From a virus (Duplodnaviria; Caudoviricetes): a DNA stretch of 43,563 bases. Each line of letters opens with the position of its first letter. Position 1 is the first letter of the stretch. The position numbers and the translations under genes are program-made. The notes under the pieces are model-generated. The model made no database searches. It was not told the DNA's origin and saw only the letters and a program-made list of their open reading frames with translations. Shown one piece after another: positions 23,975 to 33,604 of this stretch. Where the stretch lies: IMG/VR virus record IMGVR_UViG_3300032232_001192, positions 1 through 43,563 of that record. The stretch is one strand, 5' to 3'.

Positions 23975-24255
23975 TTAATGTAAACCAAGTTGTATTGGCA
24001 AAACTGACCAAGCGCGGAGCGTTCATGGTCAACGAACAGAATAGAGAATTGATGTTCAGGTTCCCAGACCAGAAGCTCAAAGTGGACTATCGTCCTGATG
24101 ACCTCTACGAGCAATACTTCTGGGTGTTGGTAAAACACTTTGGGTCCGAGTTTCACTTGGGCAAAGAAGCACCCTTCACAGACGTCTACCCTACCGACCG
24201 GCCCAAGACTCGTGAACAAGAGCCGGTTGTTCCACCAAAAGAGACTGTGTCTTAA
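23971..24255 (+). CDS. hypothetical protein
   Basis: ATGA overlap. Confidence 0.65.
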   Translation: MINVNQVVLAKLTKRGAFMVNEQNRELMFRFPDQKLKVDYRPDDLYEQYFWVLVKHFGSEFHLGKEAPFTDVYPTDRPKTREQEPVVPPKETVS

Positions 24256-24274
24256 AACCGAAAGCTGACTAAAA

Positions 24275-25063
24275 ATGAATATTCAACTATGTTCAGACCT
24301 GCACCTGTGTTGGGGTGACTTGATCCTTCCCGGCGGTGAAGTCCTAATCATGGCTGGCGATGTGTTTGAGGCCTCAGACTGGACTAAAGGCACCAAAGCT
24401 GCCACAACCTATGATCGTTTCATCGAAGTAGAACTGGCCAAGTACAGCCTAGTATTGTACGTGTTTGGCAATCATGAGTACTATGGATCACACTATGACA
24501 AGACTCGCCACATTATCGAGTGTCAGCTGCCCAACCATGTAAAAATCTTGGAAGACGACTACATGGACTTGGATGGTATTCGTTTCTGGGGAGCCCCACT
24601 GTGGACGGACATGAAGAACAGCAACCCCCTGGTCATGAATATCGCTCAGGGAGCTATGAATGACTACAACCAGATTCGTTGGCAACACAAAGTAGTACTA
24701 GAAGGCGGTCACAGTTACTACACCAGCCGTTTTACTCCACAAGATACCGTTAACTCACACAAGCAAAGTCTAGAGTCTCTCAAACAATCTCTGAAGACCA
24801 ACGCTCCCCACTTTGTGATTACCCACCACGCCCCCAGTCAAGGCTCAGTACACCCCATGTACACCGGCCAAGAGCTCAACCACTGCTACTACAGCAACCT
24901 AGAACACCTAATTCTCGACCACCCCAATATCAAACACTGGGTTCATGGTCACACCCACCACCCCTTCCACTACAATGTGGGAAGTACCCAAGTGGTCTGC
25001 CACCCACGTGGATACTACGGAGTTGACACAGATGACGAATACAGCCCACTACAAATTGTCTGA
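24275..25063 (+). CDS. calcineurin-like metallophosphoesterase
   Basis: SDLH, AGD, GNHE, THHAP, HGHTH motifs. Confidence 0.9.
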   Translation: MNIQLCSDLHLCWGDLILPGGEVLIMAGDVFEASDWTKGTKAATTYDRFIEVELAKYSLVLYVFGNHEYYGSHYDKTRHIIECQLPNHVKILEDDYMDLDGIRFWGAPLWTDMKNSNPLVMNIAQGAMNDYNQIRWQHKVVLEGGHSYYTSRFTPQDTVNSHKQSLESLKQSLKTNAPHFVITHHAPSQGSVHPMYTGQELNHCYYSNLEHLILDHPNIKHWVHGHTHHPFHYNVGSTQVVCHPRGYYGVDTDDEYSPLQIV

Positions 25064-25565
25064 AAAGTTCTACGCTCGTCGTAGCTATACCCATCACTTT
25101 GATCACATGGTGGACTGGGAGTTTTCAATCCACACAACCTTACCCAACGGCAGCTTACTCATCCAGTGTCCAATTCGTACAGACAAACTCATCCAGGTGG
25201 AACGTGACGAAGTCCAACCAATAAACAACATACCATGACCTCCTCCTAAAATTTACACTTGTGTTTTCAAAAAAGTTGTGCTATAATCTGTTATAACTTA
25301 TGGAATACATAAAGTCCCAAATTGGAGGTTGAAAAAATAAAAACTACACAAAAATTTGAAAATGTGCAGCGCGATTCCTGAGCAAGCCATCCATTTTCAA
25401 CATTTTCAGTAGTTTTTGTAATTTTTTACAACCGACTACAATTCTAGGAACTAGATAGCACTGCAACAGTGAGGAGTGATCTTTTCTTTTATAATTGTAA
25501 CTAAAAATTTTAATCTAAAATACTGGGGTTTCTCCTCGGTTTTTTTTTCATTTCAAAACTAACAC

Positions 25566-26342
25566 ATGACTAAGAAAAATATACGGTATATCAACTGGGA
25601 AACTGAGGCGATTCAAGATGGTAACCAAGCCTGGGTAATCCCACAAATTCTAGCCAACATCGGGTCCAGCTGGCCCCTAGTTAAGGGTGTCAACGGACTG
25701 GTGAGTTTCAAGGAGACTATTCGGTCTTGGGGAGCCCTAATGGATCGTGGTGAATTGACCCTAGACGGGGCTGTCATGACTAAGCGTGGTTTGACTAACC
25801 TGTTGAACTGGTTGAACCTAGTCCCGCGTGGTGAGGTTCTAGGGTCAGGAGCTCGTCAGACGGGCAAAGATTGGATCCGTTACAATGCAGGTGTTCCTCT
25901 AGTATTGAGTGCATTCAAGGAGTACCGTGATGTTGGATACAGTTCATGGGATTGGAGTGATCCATTCAAGGAATTTCTAGTGGACGGTGATATTGTGGCT
26001 TGGAGTGAGTACTTTGGTAAGGATGTGGTGTGGCCCACGGACGCACTTTTAGGGTTTCGTGAGGGCTCACTGACTGTGAAAACTGGCAAGAACCAAGGCA
26101 CTGTGCGTAAGCCCCAGAGTACTACTCAGGTATACGGTGTTACAGATCCAGAGTTCAAGGGGTTGCCACGATTGATGAAATTGAACTTGTGTCAGCTGTG
26201 GTGTTTTCATCCCTCGTTAGTCACCAAATTTACAATCGGCAGTCACATGGATCTTGACAATCCTCAGCAACCACTAGTAGATGGCGAGGTATTAGAAACA
26301 TCCCAACCACGTAGTCAAGCCTCAATGTGGGATCTTGTATGA
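25566..26342 (+). CDS. T5 D2-like protein
   Basis: VPLVLSAFKE...YSSWD...LCQLWCFHP recalled as resembling T5 D2; precedes a D3-like gene. Confidence 0.55.
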   Translation: MTKKNIRYINWETEAIQDGNQAWVIPQILANIGSSWPLVKGVNGLVSFKETIRSWGALMDRGELTLDGAVMTKRGLTNLLNWLNLVPRGEVLGSGARQTGKDWIRYNAGVPLVLSAFKEYRDVGYSSWDWSDPFKEFLVDGDIVAWSEYFGKDVVWPTDALLGFREGSLTVKTGKNQGTVRKPQSTTQVYGVTDPEFKGLPRLMKLNLCQLWCFHPSLVTKFTIGSHMDLDNPQQPLVDGEVLETSQPRSQASMWDLV

Positions 26343-26665
26343 AGTATACCAAAGAAACAACAGAACAAATCGTACAACAGTACCGAGATGGAACTTCAGT
26401 CGAAGAAATAGCAACCACTCTAGATGTGCCACCACGTAGTGTGATCGCAAAGCTGAGCAGTCTGGGTGTCTACCAGAAGAAGAGCTACCTCAACAAGCGT
26501 GGTGAAGTCCCAGTCAAAAAGGAAATCTACATCGAGCAGGTAGCAGATCTGTTAGCCGTCGAAGTAGATAGATTGGAGAGCTTGGAGAAGTGCAACAAGA
26601 GTGTGCTCCAACTTATAATCAAAGCCCTACAAGCTGTAGCAGACCAAAAAAATCAGCACCATTAG
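26339..26665 (+). CDS. T5 A2/D3/D5-family DNA-binding protein
   Basis: EEIATTL..PRSVIAKLSS.GVY.K...K...LESLEK HTH-like pattern. Confidence 0.7.
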   Translation: MKYTKETTEQIVQQYRDGTSVEEIATTLDVPPRSVIAKLSSLGVYQKKSYLNKRGEVPVKKEIYIEQVADLLAVEVDRLESLEKCNKSVLQLIIKALQAVADQKNQHH

Positions 26666-26740
26666 AAAACAACCTCAAATTTGCCGCCCTTGCGGCAATT
26701 TACTCAAAACAACCACAAACAAGTCGAACTTTCTCCACAC

Positions 26741-26773
26741 AGCCCCTAATTTTAACGAATTAGGGGCTTTTTT
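26741..26773 (+). terminator. Rho-independent terminator
   Basis: AGCCCCTAATT...AATTAGGGGCT-TTTTT. Confidence 0.8.
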
Positions 26774-26824
26774 GCGTTTGTTGATGCGAAGGCATCAAGC
26801 CACGGCAGTCTCGAATAAATTGAC

Positions 26825-27142
26825 TTGACTTGTGGAGGTTGATGACTGTATAATGTTGGCGCAGACTGACGTGTAACTTTTTGAGGTTGTGGAGGTTTTG
26901 CACTGGCGCAGAATCAAAAAAATTTTGAGGTTTACCACTGGCGCAGGTGTAAAAGGGCTTGAAAAAATTCAAGGTTTTGCACTGGCGCAGGTTGTGACAA
27001 CCTGCGAAATTGGTCATGTTGCAGTGCAACATAAGCGAATTCTTATATAAGCCGCCGCTTATATTCGTGGTGGCTTATATAAGACTTGGCTTATGTTGGG
27101 CAAGCCACCATAATTTTATCATGCGCCTGCGGCCGGGGTCAA
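26825..27142. repeat. non-coding repeat/palindrome cluster (candidate injection-stop region)
   Basis: TGGCGCAG x4 (AGGTTT(TG/AC)CACTGGCGCAG x3), CTTATATAAG palindromes and GCTTAT repeats. Confidence 0.65.
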
Positions 27143-27295
27143 GTTGTTTTTTAACCACACAAGGTTCGTAGGGGTATTCGAAAAACTTGACAGCCCCCCA
27201 AAATTAGTGATATAATTTTGGCGCCAATAACCCTATAACCTGGTCGGGAATAGGGTCTTTGGGCAAAATAAAAAAGGGGCCGAAGCCCCTTTTTA

Positions 27296-27505
27296 TTATT
27301 CGTCGTCAGTATCTGATTCTACCCTCCAAGTGATTTTACTTTCCCTGAAAACCTCAGTTTCCACAAAGAATCGAACAGTATCCATATCAATATCATGTTC
27401 AGCCCGATTAAATTCAGCCAGCATACTGTCCCACGCATCCTGTGGAGTAAGCCCCCAACCGTAGATTTCCTCGCTATCAAAACACTCAGCAATAACTGCA
27501 AACAT
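27296..27505 (-). CDS. small acidic hypothetical protein
   Basis: AAAGGA RBS; similar to 27531-27734. Confidence 0.7.
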   Translation of the reverse strand: MFAVIAECFDSEEIYGWGLTPQDAWDSMLAEFNRAEHDIDMDTVRFFVETEVFRESKITWRVESDTDDE

Positions 27506-27530
27506 GATATTTCCTTTAGTCAAAAAACCA

Positions 27531-27734
27531 TTAAACCCGTTCAAATCGCGGCGTGGTCACATACTGTACCGCGATTTTCTCGAAAAACTCGACACTGCCA
27601 TCGTCAGGGTCAAGGTCCGGACCCGGACCCGTATCCAGATAAATCTGATTCAGATTATCGAACGATGCCTCCATGGTTTCACCATAGCCAAAAAACTCAA
27701 CGCCGTCATCATCAGTATACATGCAAACAAACAT
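27531..27734 (-). CDS. small acidic hypothetical protein
   Basis: AAAGGA RBS; FFGYGET...VEFFE. Confidence 0.7.
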   Translation of the reverse strand: MFVCMYTDDDGVEFFGYGETMEASFDNLNQIYLDTGPGPDLDPDDGSVEFFEKIAVQYVTTPRFERV

Positions 27735-27879
27735 GATAGTTCCTTTCAAATCAAAACAAAATGGGGTGGATTATCGGGGATTACGTTTCCGGCCGGATTC
27801 GTCGAAACTACTGTTGGCCTACAGTTCAACAATCCCCGATAATCCGAATTTCATTATAAGGGGCGAAAGCCCCTTTATA

Positions 27880-28206
27880 TTAGATTGGACGGCTATTCGC
27901 CAATGCTTCGAAGATAGTCTTCAGAGCAGACTTGTTGGCCTTTGTGAGACTATCAATCTCACCCTCGCTCAGTTTCAGAATCGCGCCGATTGCATCGGCG
28001 TGAGCATCCTTTTTAACCGGCTTTTCGCCAGTCTTCGACACATATTCCTTTTTCTTGTAAACCCCTTCGCGGGACAGTTTTGCGACAACCGAGCGAACGG
28101 TTTTGCCCATGGATTCTGCGATACTTTCCACAGTAACGCCAGCAGAATAATCTGCCATCATTTGAGCAGTTTGCTCAGGAGTGTAATTCACAATCTTTTC
28201 AGCCAT
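27880..28206 (-). CDS. T5 A2/D5-family DNA-binding protein
   Basis: MAEKIVNYTPEQT...GKTVRSVVAKLSREGVY; GGAG RBS; promoters at ~28304 and ~28381. Confidence 0.75.
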   Translation of the reverse strand: MAEKIVNYTPEQTAQMMADYSAGVTVESIAESMGKTVRSVVAKLSREGVYKKKEYVSKTGEKPVKKDAHADAIGAILKLSEGEIDSLTKANKSALKTIFEALANSRPI

Positions 28207-28612
28207 TTCAATTCTCCGATAATTAAAGCATGGGGAAACTCTGGTTGATACCCGGCAATCCCCTATCCGTTTCACTATTTTAGGGCAAGTGAGAAACCTA
28301 GTCAAGTGTGGGGTTTTTGTCCTTTCTGCTTAGTTCCTGAACCGATGAATCTATTATGGGGCAGGCAGAAAATTCTGTCAACGTCCACCAGGAAAGACCC
28401 TTGAGCCAGGTCAACTATTTTTGGGGTCGCTTGACGCCCCCCAAAATTTTATGATAAAATTTTGGCGCACCAAAGCCCCTACAATTTGTAGGGGCTTTGG
28501 TGGCTGGGGGTTGACACCCCCCAAAATTTCATGGTAAAATCGGCGGCCCCTGAGTTAGTGAGTGCTCACTTACGTACCTGGCCAAAATAATAGGGGCAAT
28601 ATGCCCCCGTTA

Positions 28613-28996
28613 TTAATCGGTATCAGTTACCGGATCATATAAGCAGGTTATTTCAAACCCCATATTGTTGAGATATTCGGTTAGGTGGGCTGCCAATTCC
28701 TGAAAAGTAGTATCATGGTGATGGTTGGGATCAAATAGATTCTTTTCCAACATACACGCATGGATTAACTCATGGGCAATAGTATCGTAAATACTATATT
28801 CTGATTCAAATACAGTATCCAAGTTAATCACCACCCTATGACCCACAATACGATCTTTTCGGAAATATGAATCACAGTATCCGGCCAATCCCCGAGTATC
28901 TTTTTTAGATTTAGTTTTGATTTTAATGGTAATGGGTTTGCTGATATGCAAACCCGCTTGGCACGCTTTAATGAGAAGCAGCAAATCGGGTTTCAT
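28613..28996 (-). CDS. SprT-like zinc metalloprotease
   Basis: TIAHELIHA...HHHD..F. Confidence 0.7.
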   Translation of the reverse strand: MKPDLLLLIKACQAGLHISKPITIKIKTKSKKDTRGLAGYCDSYFRKDRIVGHRVVINLDTVFESEYSIYDTIAHELIHACMLEKNLFDPNHHHDTTFQELAAHLTEYLNNMGFEITCLYDPVTDTD

Positions 28997-29001
28997 TTTA
29001 A

Positions 29002-29697
29002 TTACACCTTGAAATGGTTACGGACCTGAAACTTATTCCAGTCATATGGGGTGATATTATCACGCCAATTCCGACGCTTGAGAATATGGGTCAAAATAGG
29101 CAATTCAAAATTGATAGCATCTTCAATAGCAGTATGGGGTTCGTCGATCAAAGTCCCAGTAATATAACCGCAAACTACTTCGGCATTAGTTTGGAAGGTC
29201 ATGTTGCCCTTTGCAGTGGGAGTATTGAAACGGTGATTGTCCAAAACAAATTGCTTATACTTTGCAGTATTGCAGATATTGCCCACAGCAGCTTGCCACA
29301 AACAAAATCGAGAATCAAAACCATTAAGGTCGATACCAGTATTGAGGCACTTACTCACGTCAAAAGCCAGATTATATGCAGTCAGCGTGGGATTATAAAC
29401 TGCAAGGGCTTTCTTAATCCATGAGTTAATTGCAGATACCCCAGCCAGCATACGGGTTCCAGATTCCAGCATATTAGTATATGCAGTCTTGCGGCGATTA
29501 AGTCCAGCATAACCCCAAATATCATTTTTCTTGGGATCATGGAATAACTCATGCGTGCCATAATGGCCATTTACCAGTACAGCCATTTGATTATGAATAT
29601 TACCCTTGCGATCTACAATTACAATACCAATGTCCGCCACAGTATCTGCAACTGTGGTTTCAGTATCGAGAATCGCAAAGTATTGTTTTTTAGCCAT
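29002..29697 (-). CDS. DEDDh 3'-5' exonuclease
   Basis: ILDTETT, AYNLAFD, HTAIEDA; GGAG RBS before ATG 29697. Confidence 0.85.
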   Translation of the reverse strand: MAKKQYFAILDTETTVADTVADIGIVIVDRKGNIHNQMAVLVNGHYGTHELFHDPKKNDIWGYAGLNRRKTAYTNMLESGTRMLAGVSAINSWIKKALAVYNPTLTAYNLAFDVSKCLNTGIDLNGFDSRFCLWQAAVGNICNTAKYKQFVLDNHRFNTPTAKGNMTFQTNAEVVCGYITGTLIDEPHTAIEDAINFELPILTHILKRRNWRDNITPYDWNKFQVRNHFKV

Positions 29698-29932
29698 TAT
29701 ATTATCTCCAGTGATAACCGATTGAGGGAATGTGCGTCGGAATCTCGCGCACCCGTGGAGTATAGACGATGTTGGCCAGGTTTGCAACACCCTACAGGTT
29801 GTGGGGTCATTATTTTTCTGTGGTGTTTTCGCCACAAAGACCCCAGGCCCAGGTCAGGTATTGCTTGACAGCCCCCAAAATTATAGATTATAATTTTGGC
29901 GCAAATAACCCCATAATATTATGGGGTTATTA

Positions 29933-30181
29933 TTATTCTCTTTCCCAAATTTTATATCGGATCATAACCCCTAAAAACACCAGATTTAATAGGTAATTGA
30001 ATAACAGGGGATAATCACGCTTAGGCCAGATATAGATTATTGTCAGTATCTCACCGCCTAACCATGCGGCCAAGAAAAACCAGTTTAATCCACGGGAATG
30101 TCCATCCTTTGCACATTGCCACGCTTGGGGCAATCCACATATTGCAAACAATATGGCACCAATCCACCCGATGGTTTCCAT
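29933..30181 (-). CDS. PQ-loop / SemiSWEET-like 3-TM protein
   Basis: IGWIGAILFAICGLPQAW...SRGLNW...PLLFNY. Confidence 0.8.
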   Translation of the reverse strand: METIGWIGAILFAICGLPQAWQCAKDGHSRGLNWFFLAAWLGGEILTIIYIWPKRDYPLLFNYLLNLVFLGVMIRYKIWERE

Positions 30182-30219
30182 GATATTCTCCAATAATAAC
30201 CCCTTTCGGGGTATATTAG

Positions 30220-30696
30220 TTAATGACCCTGTTTTGATGGAACATAAACACCACGAATATTGAAGCGATCACAAACCGCTTTGAGATACTCGATATTGTC
30301 TTCATAAAATGTAAATTCAGCATCACGGAAATTGACCAGATTAAAAAACTTGGCCAATCCAGCGATTTTAAGGGTTTTGCCAGATACTGCTGAACCCTCG
30401 GGGCGAGAGATAAGATAATCAGGCTCGCCCAATACCTCACGGACAAATTGATAATCGGGTTCGTGCATTACTCGGGCAGTTGCGATAATAACGAATGTGT
30501 TTTCGTCAGTCAAATCACGCTTATATTGTTCAGCCAATGGCAACAGGGTATCATCGCCAGCACGATACTCGTTTTCTCTCCAGTATTGCAAATCAATACG
30601 TTCACCCTTATCGTCCACAATGGTACGATATCGGTGGAGTGAATTCACAATGGTACCGTCCATATCGTAGATACTAACTTTCTTGATCTTTGCCAT
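30220..30696 (-). CDS. HAD-superfamily phosphatase (nucleotidase / polynucleotide 3'-phosphatase-like)
   Basis: DMDGT, IATAR, K, YEDN HAD motifs. Confidence 0.85.
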   Translation of the reverse strand: MAKIKKVSIYDMDGTIVNSLHRYRTIVDDKGERIDLQYWRENEYRAGDDTLLPLAEQYKRDLTDENTFVIIATARVMHEPDYQFVREVLGEPDYLISRPEGSAVSGKTLKIAGLAKFFNLVNFRDAEFTFYEDNIEYLKAVCDRFNIRGVYVPSKQGH

Positions 30697-30944
30697 TTTG
30701 TACACCTAGTGGTTGTCTGTTGCGATGGAGTGATTATGCTTCAGAAGTCAAACCCATGTCCAGCGAGGGGTCTTTTATCCTACTAGGGTAATTCCCTATT
30801 GACAGGTGAGCCAGGGTAGAGTATAATTTTGGCGCCACAAAGCCCCTACGGTTCGTAGGGGCTTTCTACCAGGCCCTTGACAGGGCCCAAAATTATGTGT
30901 TATAATTTTGGCGCCTATATAAGGGTTTACCCTTATATAGTATC

Positions 30945-31121
30945 TCAAGTGTTGTTATAATCAAATATGCTCAAGATACCCCGATATTCCCAAGACCTAA
31001 ACTCGCCCCGGTCTTGATAATCCTGGGCAATTTTCATGGCAGATTCTTTGGAAAATGCCCCAATAGTAACGTGAATCCAGCCAATATAGGCAGTGTCAAC
31101 CCAGAAGATATATTGTGTCAT
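30945..31121 (-). CDS. hypothetical protein
   Basis: MTQYIFW...; GGAG RBS. Confidence 0.55.
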   Translation of the reverse strand: MTQYIFWVDTAYIGWIHVTIGAFSKESAMKIAQDYQDRGEFRSWEYRGILSIFDYNNT

Positions 31122-31123
31122 AG

Positions 31124-31264
31124 TTACTCCGACAAACAGCCCAACAGCGAGGGATAATAACCCGGCTCGCAATACCAGCAATCGGGGTGATCCATTTCCA
31201 AATCCAGTATCTGAAAACCAGTTACGGCTTCCGTCATAAAAACCCAATCCTGATATTCGTTCAT
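31124..31264 (-). CDS. small hypothetical protein
   Basis: MNEYQDW...; GGGGG RBS-like. Confidence 0.5.
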   Translation of the reverse strand: MNEYQDWVFMTEAVTGFQILDLEMDHPDCWYCEPGYYPSLLGCLSE

Positions 31265-31407
31265 ATGAAACCCCCTTCGTCTTTGAAGTATTCCCGCAGG
31301 GCACCGCCCATATTGTCCAGATCGGAATTCTCCAATCCAGCCTCTTCTAATGTGAGAAAATCCGTTAGGTCTTCCCACATCATTTCATCGACTAAATCAA
31401 AATTCAT
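31261..31407 (-). CDS. small very acidic protein (48 aa)
   Basis: MNFDLVDEMMWEDLTDFLTLEEAGLENSDLDNMGGALREYFKDEGGFI; GGAGG RBS; below cutoff. Confidence 0.6.
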   Translation of the reverse strand: MNFDLVDEMMWEDLTDFLTLEEAGLENSDLDNMGGALREYFKDEGGFI

Positions 31408-31607
31408 ATTGACCTCCACAATCCAATGATGTTAGCCATCATGAAAAACCCATTCAAAACCCCCAAACTCAGGTTGCGGGTTTTGAGAGCCACCCAAAGC
31501 CAGCACACACAGCCGACCAAAAACAGAATGTAGCCCATTACCAGAATCTGGAATGCCACCACAAAACTGCCGATCACGCTTGCCACAGTACCAATCCATC
31601 CGATCAT
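31404..31607 (-). CDS. 3-TM membrane protein (PnuC/SemiSWEET half-transporter-like)
   Basis: MIGWIGT...W...N.....NIIGLWR pattern, three hydrophobic helices. Confidence 0.6.
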   Translation of the reverse strand: MIGWIGTVASVIGSFVVAFQILVMGYILFLVGCVCWLWVALKTRNLSLGVLNGFFMMANIIGLWRSI

Positions 31608-31608
31608 G

Positions 31609-31986
31609 TCAACCCTTGTATTTAGCTTGACGATAGTTTACCATGCTGTGAAGCCGGGTTGTCTGAATACCCATACGCTCCAGTACACTATACCAGCCCT
31701 TGCCATGTCCGGGGTCTTGAAATATGGTATAAGCCACCAAGTGTGCCAATTCATGCGGGATTGTGTCCACAATCATGTGGTCGGTGTATTGACAAAACAG
31801 GTCCGTTGACAGGTCGATCTTTTGCGGGTTGTCTTCAATGAAGGCCCGGCCGGCCGTGGTCTTCAATCGGTTATTCAGGGTCACTACCGGAGTAACCCTC
31901 TGAATTGTAGGGTATTGCGCCAAAAATTTGACCCACCAAGCCCTAACGTGGTATTGAGCCAGGTCTTGCAATGCTTGTTTGTCCAT
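31609..31986 (-). CDS. SprT-like zinc metalloprotease
   Basis: NNRLKTTAGRA...TIPHELAH...HGKGW. Confidence 0.85.
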   Translation of the reverse strand: MDKQALQDLAQYHVRAWWVKFLAQYPTIQRVTPVVTLNNRLKTTAGRAFIEDNPQKIDLSTDLFCQYTDHMIVDTIPHELAHLVAYTIFQDPGHGKGWYSVLERMGIQTTRLHSMVNYRQAKYKG

Positions 31987-32145
31987 GGCTCCATTCTCGC
32001 CAGGCTACCTTACACCAAACTTACAACCCCAGGTCCAGGTCGGGATTAAAAAGTGGTTGACACCCCCCAAAATTATATGATATAATTTTGGCGCCAACCC
32101 CTTGCCGTTTTGGCAAGGGGTTGCAATAGGGGTTTCCCCCTATTG

Positions 32146-32460
32146 TCAAGCCGATAGCTTGGCCAGAATCTTGGCCAAGGCAGTCTTGTTTGCCTTGGTG
32201 AGTGAATCGATCTCACCCTCGCTCAGTCCAGCCAGAGCCCCGACCTGATCGGCCAAGTATTCCTTGGCCACCGGGGTTTCCCCAGTTTTGGAAACGTATT
32301 CCTTTTTACGGTAAACACCCTCGCGACTCAGTTTCGCAACCACGCTGCGAACGGTCTTGCCCAACGACTCAGCAATTGCTTCCACGGTAACCCCTTGAGC
32401 GTAATCCGCCAGCATGGAGGCGGTTTGTTCAGGGGTATAGTTCACAGTCTTTTCAGCCAT
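32146..32460 (-). CDS. T5 A2/D5-family DNA-binding protein (paralog of 27880-28206)
   Basis: Closely matches 27880-28206; promoter TTGACA-N18-TAAAAT. Confidence 0.75.
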   Translation of the reverse strand: MAEKTVNYTPEQTASMLADYAQGVTVEAIAESLGKTVRSVVAKLSREGVYRKKEYVSKTGETPVAKEYLADQVGALAGLSEGEIDSLTKANKTALAKILAKLSA

Positions 32461-32526
32461 TTCAAAATCTCCAAAAGTGAAAACACATTTTAGTGCCTGA
32501 CACAAATCCCTGTCAAGCGTAGGGTT

Positions 32527-32691
32527 TTATTCGTCTGTGCAGATGGTGACAGTGGAAACGCTGACGTCGCTGTGTGGCACGTCATCCTCCAGCATCTTTA
32601 CCCGCATCGCCAGCAGGTTAACGCTGGTGTAGTATTCGTGATGGTACCTCAGGGATTGTTCGTCCCACCATTCCACCATGTAAGCCTTCAT
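32527..32691 (-). CDS. hypothetical protein
   Basis: MKAYMVEWW...; AGGAG RBS. Confidence 0.6.
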   Translation of the reverse strand: MKAYMVEWWDEQSLRYHHEYYTSVNLLAMRVKMLEDDVPHSDVSVSTVTICTDE

Positions 32692-32853
32692 GTTGTCATC
32701 TCCTGTTGCAGTGATGCAATCATAACACGGTTTCAGCCAGGCCACACATACCTGAGCATTACAGTCGGGTATTAGCCAGGCCCCTTGACCCGGCCCAAAA
32801 TTATGTGTTATAATTTTGGCGCAAATAACCCCACAGATTGTGGGGTTATTTGT

Positions 32854-33081
32854 TCAAGTCAGAAAACAATCCAGAACCATAGGCTCGCCGGGATTCACCA
32901 GTTCCAGTGACTGACCCTCAAGCGCAGCTTGCTGGAAAGCCTCCACCCGCAAGTCGGGGTTATCAAAGTATTCCCACGCAACATGCCCAGCCTGATAGTG
33001 ACCCTCAGCACGCACAACCCACATGCCACCGTATTCTGATTGTGGAAAACCCACCGGGTGATTAAAGATGAAAACCTTCAT
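32854..33081 (-). CDS. hypothetical protein
   Basis: Preceded by a repeated promoter-RBS cassette. Confidence 0.7.
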   Translation of the reverse strand: MKVFIFNHPVGFPQSEYGGMWVVRAEGHYQAGHVAWEYFDNPDLRVEAFQQAALEGQSLELVNPGEPMVLDCFLT

Positions 33082-33146
33082 ACAATTCCTTTCTTGATGC
33101 GATAACGCATGTTACCACGGACCAGTAAACCTGGTCCAGTGTAGGG

Positions 33147-33293
33147 TTATTCGATACGGTAAACCTGAGTTACCGTGCGAAAACGAAATTCGCGGTGGAA
33201 AGCCCGAACCGCGGCCGCTTCGTCACGGCCACGAAACAGGCTCTGGCCAGCGCCGTCATCTGCGAACCAGCACACTACAAAAACCTTTTTCAT
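33147..33293 (-). CDS. small hypothetical protein (48 aa)
   Basis: MKKVFVVCWFADDGAGQ...; same cassette; below cutoff. Confidence 0.6.
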   Translation of the reverse strand: MKKVFVVCWFADDGAGQSLFRGRDEAAAVRAFHREFRFRTVTQVYRIE

Positions 33294-33361
33294 ACAATCC
33301 CTTTCTTGATGAACTGACGCATGTTACCACGGACCAGTAAACCCTGTAAAGTGTAGGGTTT

Positions 33362-33604
33362 TTATCTTACAAACCTATCGGCCACATGGGTATAGCGAAC
33401 CTGAAAATTCCACGCATCTTTTTGGTGGTATTCACCAGTCGTGACATTCCTATACAGTACGGTGTAGTCGCTCGCGTGGTGGCCTTGCCCTTCTGGTCCG
33501 TACACCTTCACAATTGCAACATTTCGTCCAACGTCATAGGACCATAGTTGGCCTGGCTCGAATGCTGGGCCCGTGGCTTTGTGAAACTTGATCTTGCCGT
33601 TCAT
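33362..33604 (-). CDS. hypothetical protein
   Basis: Preceded by the same cassette. Confidence 0.7.
   Translation of the reverse strand: MNGKIKFHKATGPAFEPGQLWSYDVGRNVAIVKVYGPEGQGHHASDYTVLYRNVTTGEYHQKDAWNFQVRYTHVADRFVR

Noticed and set aside
26760-27032. 90-aa minus-strand ORF
   Set aside because: Translation of the repeat cluster; no RBS
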